The notes below the pieces were generated by a model that saw only the letters and a list, made by a program, of their open reading frames with translations, had not been told where the DNA came from and ran no database searches. From Gekko japonicus (Eukaryota): a DNA stretch of 64,000 bases. Each line of letters starts with the position of its first letter. The stretch's first letter is position 1. Position numbers and translations under genes: made by a program. The stretch covers positions 453,980 to 517,979 of the forward strand of contig NW_015175982.1 of NCBI RefSeq assembly GCF_001447785.1, given 5' to 3'. Positions 52,655-64,000 of this stretch are shown here, piece after piece.

Positions 52655-53086
52655 GGCCCCGTTCATACGAGCCCATTTGGGCCGGGAGCGGGACGGAACT
52701 GGGGCGGAGCAAACAGGCGCGATCTCACCTCAACATCTGGCGAGCGTGCCGTCTCCGTCCCTGATCCGTCCCAACGGCCCAAACTGCGCCGCAAAAAACA
52801 ACCACCTCTCTAGGTGGTTGCATCCATTGGTGCGGCGCAGGCAGGGCTGTGGGATCGGCGGCGCGTCCTTGCGCCGCCGCATCCCGGCCCCCAGCCGTAC
52901 TGCGCATGCCCAAGCATGCGCAGTTCGGCAGCCTCCCCCCTCCCCTCGGACTTTTCCTCCCCGGCATCTGAGCGTGCCGGGGAGTGCTGCGCCGCGGCTA
53001 GGGGATCCGTGGGATCCCGCCGCGGCGTATCAAGTTTGGAGCGGCTCTGAGTAGCCGCGTTTCAGCCGGCCCGTGTGCCCGGGGCC
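52655..53086. mobile_element. Young CpG-rich MITE, PIF/Harbinger-like
   Basis: TIRs ggccccgttcatacgagcc / ggcccgtgtgcccggggcc; 3-bp flanking repeat tca. Confidence 0.7.
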
Positions 53087-56000
53087 TCAGTTTGGCTATT
53101 AGAGAAAGCCGAGCAGTGTTATTTTGTATAACTCTATTGTCTTCCTTTTGTGGCAGATAGCTAGCTAGTAGTGAACAAGGGAAGAGGTAAATGTTATTTC
53201 TACAGTCCTGGAGTATGTGGTGCCTTTGGTGCATGTGGTGGCCTAGGATTCTGAACATGAAGGCCGAACATGGCAAATAAGGAGAAAGGCAGTGTAACAC
53301 AGTGAATCAGGTAACAGGACTTCAATTCATACCACCGTCTCAGCCAAATATTCATATTTTTAATCGTATAATACTCAAAGCACAATTTCCCTGGAAAGGT
53401 GTGATTTGCCAGATCTACTCCGTAAGGAACCCTTTTGAAAAGTAGGTCTCCTTGCTGCCTCTGTTTTGTCCTTCAGATTGATGGATATGTATGTACTACA
53501 GTGAACAGCAACTTTCTTCCACAGCCAGGCTCTTCCATGCTCTCTCTCTCGTTCTCTGCATCCCAGCCACATGGAGGCGGTTCATTCATTCTTTACACAC
53601 AGACCATGTCTAAGACCACTCTTCTGTTCAGAAAAATGTATCATATGCAGTGCTGGGCATCCAGAGGAGGGTTGCCAACAGGCCTAGAGAAACATGTCCT
53701 GCCCATTTCCACACATTAAGTGTCTCTATTTACTTCATCCCACTTTTCTCCCAACAGTCTCCCCCCTCCCTTTTATCCTCACAACAACCCTGTGAGGCGG
53801 ATTAGGCTGAGCATGTGTGACTGGCCCAAGGTCATCCAGCAAGCTTCCATGGCAGAGTGGGGACTCAAACCCGGGTCTCCCAGATCCTGGTATGACACAC
53901 TAAACATGATGCCATGGTGGCTCTATTAAAGAGACAGTTCGTTTTCTCAAGGCCTATCGGTGACACTTGGCCAAAGACTTGTCCTTGGAGAGAGAGGTAC
54001 TTTCTACCCAAAGGAGAAAAAGAAGCACAGGGAAGCAGCAATTTAGAGTCTTCTGCCTTTAATTGGAGGTAAATTAGTTCACAACATAAAAGAAAGCACC
54101 AAGTATGTATCAAAGGCAGAGAGTACATCATACTTTCAAATTCCCCCCTGCCCCAGTGCTGTTGAAAGGCCTGTGGATAGCTCAGTGCAAGGCAGAATGC
54201 AGAGCTGGGCAGAGAGCTGATGGAGGCAGTGAGAGCAGTTTCCCAGGACAAACTCCAGAGGCTTATTCACAACATCCTGGGATTGGCTCTCCCTTACCAC
54301 TGGCACAGGACAGAACCCTCAAACTACTGGGTTCTCAGCAATGCTTTCCTATATCACCTCCACCTGCCTGCCTGCCTGGCAGCCTCATGCATGCATAAAC
54401 AGGCCTTTTATCGAAGCACACACAGGCAAAGCAAAAAGCTCCGCTACGGCTGCAGTGGGCCCCTGAAAAGGAGCCATGGCAGGCATTTAGGCCCAGAGCC
54501 TTCAAGCTGTCCCACCTCACACCTTCACCTGTGACCATCCCTTCTGGATCAGACCAGCAGCCCATCGTGACCCGGTGACTTATCTTCAGCACTGAAGGAA
54601 CATCACAGGGCAATAATAGTACATTCCTGTTACTCAGTTCTGACTTCCAGCCGTTTATGGACACCTTAAGCGAAAAGGTGCACATATCCTACCTAACACC
54701 TACCAATAACTCTAAGAAATAAACATATCTTTTCCCCCCAAAAAGCCAGCTATACTCACAGAACAGCAACATGGACAAAAAAAACCCCACACAACTGTGC
54801 ATGTTACAAGAGATGGATGGCAGTTTCCTGCTGGCCCAGGAGGAGTGGGGGGAAGCACCAGGTCACCCGCAGACGTTTAAGGAGACTTGCATTGACCGCC
54901 AGGTACTAGAGCAAGCAAAGAAAACACTGTGCCCCCCCCCCCGCTTTAGAAACCAGATTCCAACATCCAGTTTTCTCCAGGCATCATGAGACCTACATAC
55001 TAGCAGACTTTTACCAACATATCCTTAGGCTTTCCTATCATGCTGCACACACACAATTCCAACAACTCTCTTCTAACTGGCATCTGGATCATTTAGCCTC
55101 CCCCTGAACAGTTTCTAGCCTACTGTATCCCATTCATGTTCTAACTTTAAATCCCTACCCCACAGAAATATTTCCATCACACCCTGTACGGCCCACCCTG
55201 TGCTCTGCATTCTGGAAGGAACGCTCTCGCTTCCCTCTTCCTCAGGGCCCCGTTCTCAACTCATTACAAAACCAAGCCCTCAGGCATTCAGAGACATGGC
55301 TCCCACTGTCCCGCGTAACACTTCCCTCCCACTGTAAACTTGCATATCCTAAGTCATTTATTGGCCCACATGAACACAAACTATGCTGGCCATATACTGA
55401 ATCAGACTGTTGCTGTATCAAGGTTGCTATTGTCTACTCTGACTGGCAGCAGCGCTCCGGAGACTCAGGTGGAAGTCTTTTGCATCACCAGGCACCTGAT
55501 CCTTTTGCCTATGAAGGTGGGGACTGAACCTGGGTCCTTCTGCAAGCAAAGCAGATGGTTCTGCCACCGAGCCACAACCTCCCCTCCACTCAAATCTCCC
55601 AGAGGCCCAGCAATTTATAATGGGGTCTTCTACCCCTTCTGGTCTATGTCCTGCACTCTCTCGCACACAACAGCCTTAGTCTTCACCCTACTTGTGTAGG
55701 ACATGCAGTCCCAGCTCATGTGGCCATGCTTCTAAATAAGCAGCAGCTGCACTTGCTGCCTTAACTGGTGAAAAAACCACCAATGCACTGTGTGTTCATT
55801 TTGCGGCATTCAGCTGGGTCCTTGTAATCTCCAGTGTTGAGTCACAGCATGATTTTAAAAATGTACATTTGTGACAATAAATTAAGAGATGTAAATATGC
55901 AATTGCTTTTTCTCCCCCACATTTGGGAGAGGAGCAGCAGGCAGACGGATAGCAGTCAAGCCATTTCTGCCTCCAGTTACCTGTCCTCTATGAGGAAACC

Positions 56001-57171
56001 TTCCCTGTTCACAGCCAAAGAGACATTTCCTTCTGAAAAGAAGGTACCCTGAAGCACTACAGGAAGAGCTGGTCCAGAGGAGAGCCTCATCAGTGAGGAC
56101 AGAACAGGATATGTTATATGAAAAACTTACCTACTACAACGGCCCCTGCAACTACAGCCTACCCCCACCTCTCCCGTCTCCCATTCTGTCCCAGATGTGG
56201 ATCATGGCCAGCTCAATAAAAGTAAAGGTCCCAGCCAGAAGACTACAGTTCATGCCTGTTGATCTTCATCTTTTGGCTCAGCACATCCTTCAGTGCCTTT
56301 ATTGTTCTGATCTTCCCCACTGTGCTTGTCCTGGGGCAACTGAACAGACGCCAGCTACTAAAAAAGGGAGAACAGGCCTGCTTCCGTCTTCATCTGTATT
56401 GGTCTCAGGGCCAACCACTATGAAAGGCGGCATGCCAGCCCCAAGTAGCAGCCGTGGACACATGAAATACCATTTCGGCGTCACACGTTTGATCCGACAA
56501 TGGAAAAGAGAACAGAATATGGCTCACCCACTCCTCCTGCCCCCTTCCCCACAATCTGAGGCAATTCATAGGACACACATGCATCTCAGCATCTGCTAAC
56601 TCCCCACCTTCTGCCCTCACAGCAGGGGGAAGAAAAAAGGAACAGGGGAAGGCCAAGGAGAGGACAGAGAACTCAAACAGAAGCAGCCAATTCCATAAGA
56701 TTAGAAGGCAACGGGGAAAAGGGAATGTGTTGTACCCAGATGAGTAGGGCACAGAACGGGACAGCAAGGACATTGTTAGACAGGAGGAGGCTTTCATTCA
56801 GTTCCCCCATTTAGGACACCTGAAAGAGAATGGAGGAAGCTGAGAGGAGTCCTGCTGACACCTGGCCCTGACAGGGATGGGGGGAGGGAGGCAGGTCGGT
56901 CCACAGAGGTTCTTCCTGTTATCTTGCCGGTTGATACAGTAGAGCAGCCGTGTGTTGCAAGCTGGACATTCCTCTGCCGGTGCTGCTCTGCTCCTCAGTG
57001 CTCAGAGAGATGGAAGGTTGGGGGGACTGGCGTGGAGTCCTTTGCCGAGGAGAGCAGGAACAGCGGAAGGAGGGGGGGATGGACTGGAGGGAAGAGTCGG
57101 AAGGTACGGCACAAGCATCCAGGTGATTGTGGTGAAGGGGGGGAGGGGGGAAGAGGAGTCTCAGGAGGCAT

Positions 57172-57177
57172 TTAAGC
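57172..57177 (-). CDS. KLC4: Candidate alternative terminal exon of the KLC gene encoding Ala-stop
   Basis: Strong acceptor tgtgtctttctcctctgtgcactag|GCT TAA, followed by UTR-like unique sequence and AATAAA at 56298-56303 on the minus strand. Confidence 0.5.
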   Translation of the reverse strand, partial: A

Positions 57178-60100
57178 CTAGTGCACAGAGGAGAAAGACA
57201 CAATTTACAAGGCCGTAGTGAGGATGCATGACAATCCTGATGGAGGGCAGGGAGAAAGGGAAGCACAGGCTACAGTTCAGGTGTGGAGGTCAATCAACTG
57301 CAGAGGGGTGGACGCACATACATGCACACTGTTATCTTTTGACATGGGATGGAGTCCTTTTTAAAAGGTGTTGAGGGGGAACATGTGGCTCGATAAAGGA
57401 GGCTTGTAAAAATTCTAGGTAGAGGCTTTGCTTAGTCATGCTGGACCACTAGGACTCTTGGGACAATCCTGGGGTGCTTCGTTTTACACAGGGACAGCCA
57501 ACGCTCCCTGCTTCAAGGAAGCTAGCAGTTAGTGCAGTCTAGAGTCTGACCATCTTGTTGTAAGTAACACACAGAATGGCTTCTAGGCTTGCAGCCCTGT
57601 GCAGGTAGTAAAATGGTGCGATGGAAACCTGCTAGGTGGTAAAGTGCACTGCTTCAGACTGCAAGTGGGAGGAAAATGCCATTTCTGAATGCTTCTCTGT
57701 GTTCCTGCAGGTTAAAACAAAACAAGACCCAAACACACCAGAGAGAGAAATTCTAGCCCAATGTGATTTCTGCTCTGTTAGGTTTTCTCCTTGTAGGGTG
57801 ACTTTTACATAGGAGACTACAGAGGGCATGTAGGCCTTTTCACTGTCGGAAATGAATCCAAACTCTCAGACCATCACTCTTCCTGGGAGTGAAAAACTCA
57901 GCCTGGGTCAATGCTGCCTAAACAGAAAGGGTGCAGCAAATGGGAGAGAAGGGCTAACACCTTCCTTCCTCGCCAAAGCATCAAGAGATGTAGCAAGACC
58001 ACGCTGAGCTAAGCTGCATGACTGCAACAGTAAGACAGGAGTAGCTCACTGAAATACGAAGCTACCTTAAGGAAAGAGTCAGACCTTTTGGCCGTCCAGC
58101 CTGGTGTTGTCTTTGCTTTCCTGTTCCTGCTGCCTGGGATCTTTTTACATTTTTCATCAATTTCCTTAAATTATTGTATGTGATCTTTTTAACTGCAGGT
58201 GCTAGGGACTGAACCTGGGATCCTCACCAAGCAATGCATGCTTTCTGCCTCGGAGTTGTGGTCACTTTCTCAAGGGTTGCTTGGGTTATTACAAAAAAAT
58301 CCTGTCAGTGATATCTTAGTTTCATGCTTCCCTGCCTGCCTGAATGTTCAGATCGAATCTAGAGCAGCGGTGGAAATAAAAGCTGGGATGATTTCATGAG
58401 AGCTTTATATCTAATGAAGTGTATAGATTCATAGGAAAAAAAATAGCTTCTGAGGTTTACACCACATTCAAAGCCTAAGGAATGGCCAAGCTGAACTGCA
58501 GCCTGATTTCATGTAGTTAAGCCTTGAACATGATTTTATGGAGAAAGGGCTGGTGATGGAAGAGATATAGAATGAGATTTAAGGGTGCCTGGGATGAAGA
58601 TGGAATGAAATCTAGTTCTTTCCATCTTTCCAGTCTCAAGGAACCCTTTCTATATTGATTCACCTGCCAACAGATCTCTGCAATCCTCATTGCAGAGAAT
58701 TCTGGAAAGTATTCTAGGGTCACCTTCAGTTCATGAAGGATGCCTGCCAGGCCTCATCATTGTTTAGTGCCAGTTTCAGAAGGTGGCTGTTTAGTGATGG
58801 GAATGCTGCCATGTATTGGAGTTTTTCATTCCTGATCTTTTTAAAAGAAGCCCTGATAAGATGTCATGCCTTGTAAATCACTGGACTAGGGTAAGCTGAC
58901 AAGCAGCCAGCTCACTGAGCAGCTCAGTATCTTATTGGGTTTTTTTTAAAAAAAATGTCAGGCAATATCTTTCAAAGTTTAGGACAGCTTCAAACTTCAG
59001 CTTTCTTTTGGAGCAGCTCCTTTGCACACTACTAGAGCTTTCCAAGACCGGATAGTATACTCTTCTTTGATGCCAGAAGGCCATGGAACTATCCAAAATG
59101 GGTACTGGAGATACCACAGTCATGTGTCTATTAGAACTTCAACAGGAAATTCTAGCAGACCCATGACTGTGGTATCTCCCCAGCCTTGATAATCCAGAAT
59201 ACATGCAATCAAAGAAGGAAAGAGTCCTGGTACAAGATGGCAGCAGAAAGATTCCTAAGCACACAGACCTTGTACTGCCTATTCACTGTACAGAAGTAAC
59301 CCCAGCAGAAACCATTACCAGAAATACTAACCTCTACGCTGAGTCAAAGGCCACCCCTGAACTGTGGAGAACATGCTCTGTAGACAGGGGTGGACAGTGA
59401 AGCTAAACAGCTCCGAATGAAAAGCTAGGTTCTCTCTCTTATTGGTCAGAGTTTGCATGTGACACTTGCTTAAGATGTATTTAACACTTGAAAAGAAGAG
59501 GAAGTGGTAACCTTTGGAAAAAATAATTCTGAAAGTTTTATAATTGCTTTATGGCTCTACTAGGCAGTGTCCATGGAACTTCTCTCCCTATAATCCCTTC
59601 AGCAGTTTTGCAACTGTCTTTAAAATGTTAATGGATATTTTTGGGGTGAAGAATGATATAGATTCATACACACACACACACACACACACAGACACACACA
59701 TGGAGTTTAATTTTTTTTTAAAGGTGGGCAGTCCATCTGGACCATGTGGGAAGGGGTAGGGTTGATCCAGCATCCAACCTGTTAGATTGGATGCACGTAA
59801 TACAAATTGCAAAGCTGGAATTGCACCATAAGTGAAGAACTCACTGCGACTGCAGTTAAAATATTAATGTTAGTCTTCACTTGGAGAGGGAAGGATCATT
59901 CTTTGAGGAAATACAGACTTTAGGAAATATGTCCCTATTCCCTAGGCCACCAGGGGGTATGCTCTCCTTTGTAGGTTATTTCACTTGCTGCCTGTTAGGT
60001 ACAATCCACAATCAAGATTGCAAGACCTCCCGTGGTGCTGATTGGCTGTCATGGCAAGTTGCTGAGGGTAGATGGGGAATGGAGGAAGCGCATGCAGGCA

Positions 60101-61324
60101 AGCGAACAGCAGAACTATATGTGAAGAATTAATGAGGGATGGAGCAAGTGCATGTTAATGCAACCGAGTCATAGGAACAAATGGCCAATATTCCAGGACA
60201 GATTCCCTGCTGCTAGCTACATCCCACGAATAATCCCAAAGAAACCTACTTATGTTTATGTCTGTTCTCTTACACTCCATTTATTGCTCTCTTACACTCC
60301 TTCCTCAAGCCAAGATTACATGCAGCACCTCTCTAACCTAGAGGGCTGAAGTTGGGGGGGCAAAGAGGAAGAGAAAGTTCTTGCATGATGGAACAAAGCA
60401 GGAGAGAGTAAACCTCAGCATCCAACTCCAAGAAATCAGAAAGACAAATTCCAGCATGCTGTCCCATCAGAGACATGTTCATTACCATTCCACTCACTCA
60501 TGACCCATCTGCACAGTGGGTAAAAGAAGCAAGTCAAGAAGCTTTTCCAATCTCCTGAGACTTGTTCCAGACCACAGAGAAATTTCTCAAGCCCACCTAG
60601 CTCAAAGCTCCCACTCTCTGTCCAAGGCAAGGCACTACTGTATGGAAACCAAGCTGAAAAGCACCAGCCAGGAACTGGCAAGAGGCTAAGAGTGGAGGAA
60701 GACATCAGTTCTAACCCATATGCTGCTTCACCAACCCATAATTGCAAAAACAAAAAAAGTTGTATGCATAGGTTCTCACCATCCTGAGAAAGACATATTG
60801 GTCTTTACACATACACTCCACCGCCTCCAGATACACCCTTCAGGCACCACATGCACACTAACACACACAGAGCCTCTCAAGTAGCTGCTGTGCCCCAGAG
60901 CAGAGCCAAAGCACTTTGGGTGCTTCTTTCTAGAGCAAGGCTACCTCCTCCTGCAAGGGGAAGCAACATCCTCTGCCCTCCCCTGCAACAGACAAGGGAA
61001 GGGAGCACTGTGGCAATATTAGTAGAGAAGACCAAGGTGGCGAGGATTAGTCAAAGGTGTACTTTCTTTCCTAAAGGCAAGCACTGGACTATTCTGAGTG
61101 AATGGGGAGAATTAAAGAGCTCCCCCCCTTCCCGGATCGGTCTAACTGGCAATAAGAGAGTGGTCAGGGAGCATGCAAAGAATGAATGAAGGTGGGTATG
61201 CCACGACAGGCCATCAGTCCCCCGAGTTGGCAGGGGGCAGCATTTGAAAAGAGAGCTCAAAAGAGACTGCTGCCCTTTGCCTCTCTTGGCTGGGTTAGGC
61301 TCTTGATGGTGGACTTGTACTTAC

Positions 61325-61483
61325 CCCGTTCCATTCCACGCCCATACTCACTTCCTCGCTGCCATCTGTGGCACTCTCATATTTGACGTTGCCTCCCAGG
61401 CTGTCTCGGCTCCTCCTCCTCTCAGAGCTGTCACCCTCTTTCAGAATCTCTACCACCTTGGTCTGGTTAATGGGGTCAATTCC
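61325..61483 (-). CDS. KLC4: Kinesin light chain coding exon ([53 protein letters not shown])
   Basis: Acceptor ccccttgcag| and donor GGG|gtaagt; 159 nt, phase 0/0. The peptide resembles the post-TPR region of KLC4 as recalled (GTDPISQTKVAELL...VEWSG). Upstream exons lie beyond the window. Confidence 0.88.
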
Positions 61484-62529
61484 CTGCAAGGGGTCAGAAG
61501 CAGGAGAGGAAACCGTCAAGGCTCACCTTCAGCTAGGAAAGCTCAGATCTTCTCAGAGTTATCTAGAACTGGAATGAAAGGCACACAGTTTTTATGGGCA
61601 ACCACCACAGGACACATATATACTCTACACAAAGAAAACGACATCTAGCCAGTCCAAAAATTCCACACCGGGAAAAACTATATTCTGTCGGTTGTATAAA
61701 TTATACACATCTAATATGCACACATTTTACTTTTGCTACTTATGGGGACAGACCAGATTAACAGAATGGGATGAACAAGGCCTTGATCTATGTAGGGGAA
61801 TAAATCTTCCACTTCCTTCTTCCACAGGCTTTAGATAATTTCATCAGACATTGCCCATGCAACTTCATGGCCATAAGGGCTTACAAAAAATCTTTTAAAA
61901 GAAGTGAAACCCAGCATTTAAAGAATGCTGAATTCTGTAGTTCATTTCCGATCCTGCACTTGTATGATGCACTTGAGAGGCACACTCAGCCCTGCTCACC
62001 TCCTGGCAACACAAGGAAGAGGCACCAACAGAGCAAGAATACCCCAAAATAAATGGCAGTAGAAAGAAAGAAAAATCACAGCATTCCTCAACCTCTTATG
62101 TCTCTAGTCAGAGGTGTTGAACTCATTTGTTACAAGGGTTGTATCTGACATAAATGTCAATTTGTTGGGCTGGGCCATGCGTGCCATAAAATGTAATGCC
62201 AGGTACAGGAGATATAAACTTTATAAAGAACACAGGCAAACCCAATTAATGATGTTATATTTTATTCAAAATACAAACATGCTTAAAACATTAACAGTAT
62301 TTTACAGTATTTCCTTAAAGTATCTCCCTGATGCCAACCCTCTCACTTCTACCGCCCATTACTCGTTACAACTGGCATAGTATACAGGGATACAATGAAC
62401 AGCCTCTATCATCTGGCAATGAAGGTAATGACCAGTTGCTGGTGGGCCAGATAAGAGCCCTAGAGGGGCCAGTTTTGGCCCACGAGCTGTATGTTTGACA
62501 CTCCTGCTCTAGGATTTGGAAGAATAAAA

Positions 62530-62610
62530 CAGAAGTCCAGTGGCACTGTAAAGACTACCAACATTCCTTTCAATATGAGTTTTCATGAGTCACAGCTCAC
62601 TTCTTCAGAA
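62530..62610 (-). mobile_element. Penelope-like pseudo-LTR fragment with a minimal hammerhead core
   Basis: Minus strand reads ctgaaga-a-gtgag-ctgtga-ctcat-gaaa; same family as 19483-19669. Confidence 0.6.
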
Positions 62611-63369
62611 AGATATGTGGAGGAAAATTATACTGGGCATTCTTATGGTGAGGATTAGATGGGGGGAAGCAAAGCAGAGAGGCTTGGTGTACGGTTGCCA
62701 GGTCCCCTTGCTGTGCCAGGGGGTGGATTTGGGGGACATTCCGGGACATTCCCCGATGCAATGATGTCACCCAGAAGTGATATCATTGCGTTGGCAACGC
62801 CACGCTGGATGTTCTGGTTTGAGGGCAAAACTCTCTAGTTTTAGGCCAAATTTACCATAGAGTTTTGCCCTTAAACCAGAAGGCCCCGCATGACGTCCGT
62901 AACGTAATGACTTCACTTCCAGGTGACGTTATCATGTTGGGGATGTCACACTGGAATGTGGCTTTTTGTGGGCGGGGTTTTCCCTGCTGGCCAGCTGGCT
63001 GAGAGCAGGCTGAAGCCCCTAAAACTGAAGGGACCACTGCCGGGACCTGGGGACTGGCAACCCTCTCTTCGTGTGACTTTTGCCAAAGCTTTTAAATGTA
63101 AATTCTCTATGTCAGGGGGAAAGGGAGGAGCACAGATAGAAAGGTTAGGTGTGAATCATGTCATAAATCAAAATAAAATCCCTGCTCTCTCATGCAAGCC
63201 TGCCAGGTGACTAGGTGACTTTGGGCCAGCACTCTGAGCCTACCCTGCCTTACAGGGGTTTTGCCGTGTGGATAAAAATGGAGGAGGGGAGAACAATTTT
63301 GTCAGCTGCTTTGGGTCCCCCTACTGGGGATAAAAGTGAGATATAAAAATAAATACACAATAAATAAAG

Positions 63370-63951
63370 TCCTGTGAGGAAACCTTGAAGGAGCTGGGTA
63401 TGTTTAGCCTGGAGAGGAGACGACTGAGAGGTGATACGATAACCATCTTCAAGGGCTGTTTTCTGTTGCCCCAGAAGGTCGGACCAGAACCAACAGGTTG
63501 AAATTAAATCAGAAGAGTTTTCGGCTAGACATTAGGAAGAACTTCCTGACAGTTAGAGTGGTTCCTCAGTGGAACAGGCTTCCTCAGGAGGTGGTGGGCT
63601 CTTCTTTGGAGGTTTTCAAACAGAGGCTAGATAGCTATCTGTCAGCAATGCTGATTCTGTGAACTTAGGCAGATCATGAGAGGGAGGGCAGGAAGGATTG
63701 CCTCAGTGCTTAGTTCTCGTGGCCCTTTCTTACACACCCAGGGAAATGCTGATCGCCACTTTGGGGTCAGGAAGGAATTTTCTCCAGGCCAATTTGGCCC
63801 GGGATCCTGGAGGGTCCCCCCTCCCCCTCTTCTGGAAATGGAGCAGGGGTCACTGGGGGTATGGGGGGAGGTATTTGTGGATTTCCTGCATTGTGCAGGG
63901 AGTTGGGACTAGATGACCCTGGAGGTCCCTTCCAACTCTATGATTCTATGA
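63370..63951 (+). mobile_element. CR1 LINE 3' end
   Basis: ELGMFSLERRRLRGD remnant; ends ccttccaactctatgattctatga. Confidence 0.9.
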
Positions 63952-64000
63952 AATATGATGAGTGGTCCTACCAAAGTCAGGGTATAGGCCTCTGCATGCT

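Noticed and set aside
52655-53086. CpG island of a fourth gene
   Set aside because: Bounded exactly by TIRs and a 3-bp duplication, with no associated exon.
61527-61568. Acceptor/donor pair just upstream of the KLC exon (reads VLDNSEKI* in one frame)
   Set aside because: In-frame stops, and it would leave a 43-nt intron; the acceptor at 61483 explains the homology.

Overview
Vertebrate genomic DNA, almost certainly squamate and probably gecko, judged from the repeat families (Sauria/Squam-type SINEs, a 5S-derived SINE, BovB, CR1, L2 and many hAT MITEs). Three minus-strand transcription units lie in tandem. (1) The 3' part of a kinesin light chain gene, most like KLC4, has coding exons at 61325-61483, 44876-45000, 44529-44586 and 43748-43837, plus candidate KLC1-style alternative C-terminal exons. 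(2) A complete SOUL/heme-binding-protein family gene (SOUL3/SOUL4 type, 244 aa) has five coding exons at 34621->21242 and a CpG-island promoter with a non-coding first exon near 40.4 kb. (3) An unidentified gene has its CpG island and first exon near 11.2 kb and runs off the left edge. The most unusual structures are three long foldback insertions in the SOUL gene introns. Two have unrelated sequence but identical geometry (exact 15-bp target duplication plus a 32-nt unpaired tail), and two carry a shared non-canonical hammerhead-ribozyme-like motif, which points to Penelope-like retroelements. The window also holds a CR1/Gypsy chimeric insertion and a decayed Ty1/copia element. Most ORFs in the supplied track are spurious. 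All family and gene assignments come from recalled motifs, not database searches.
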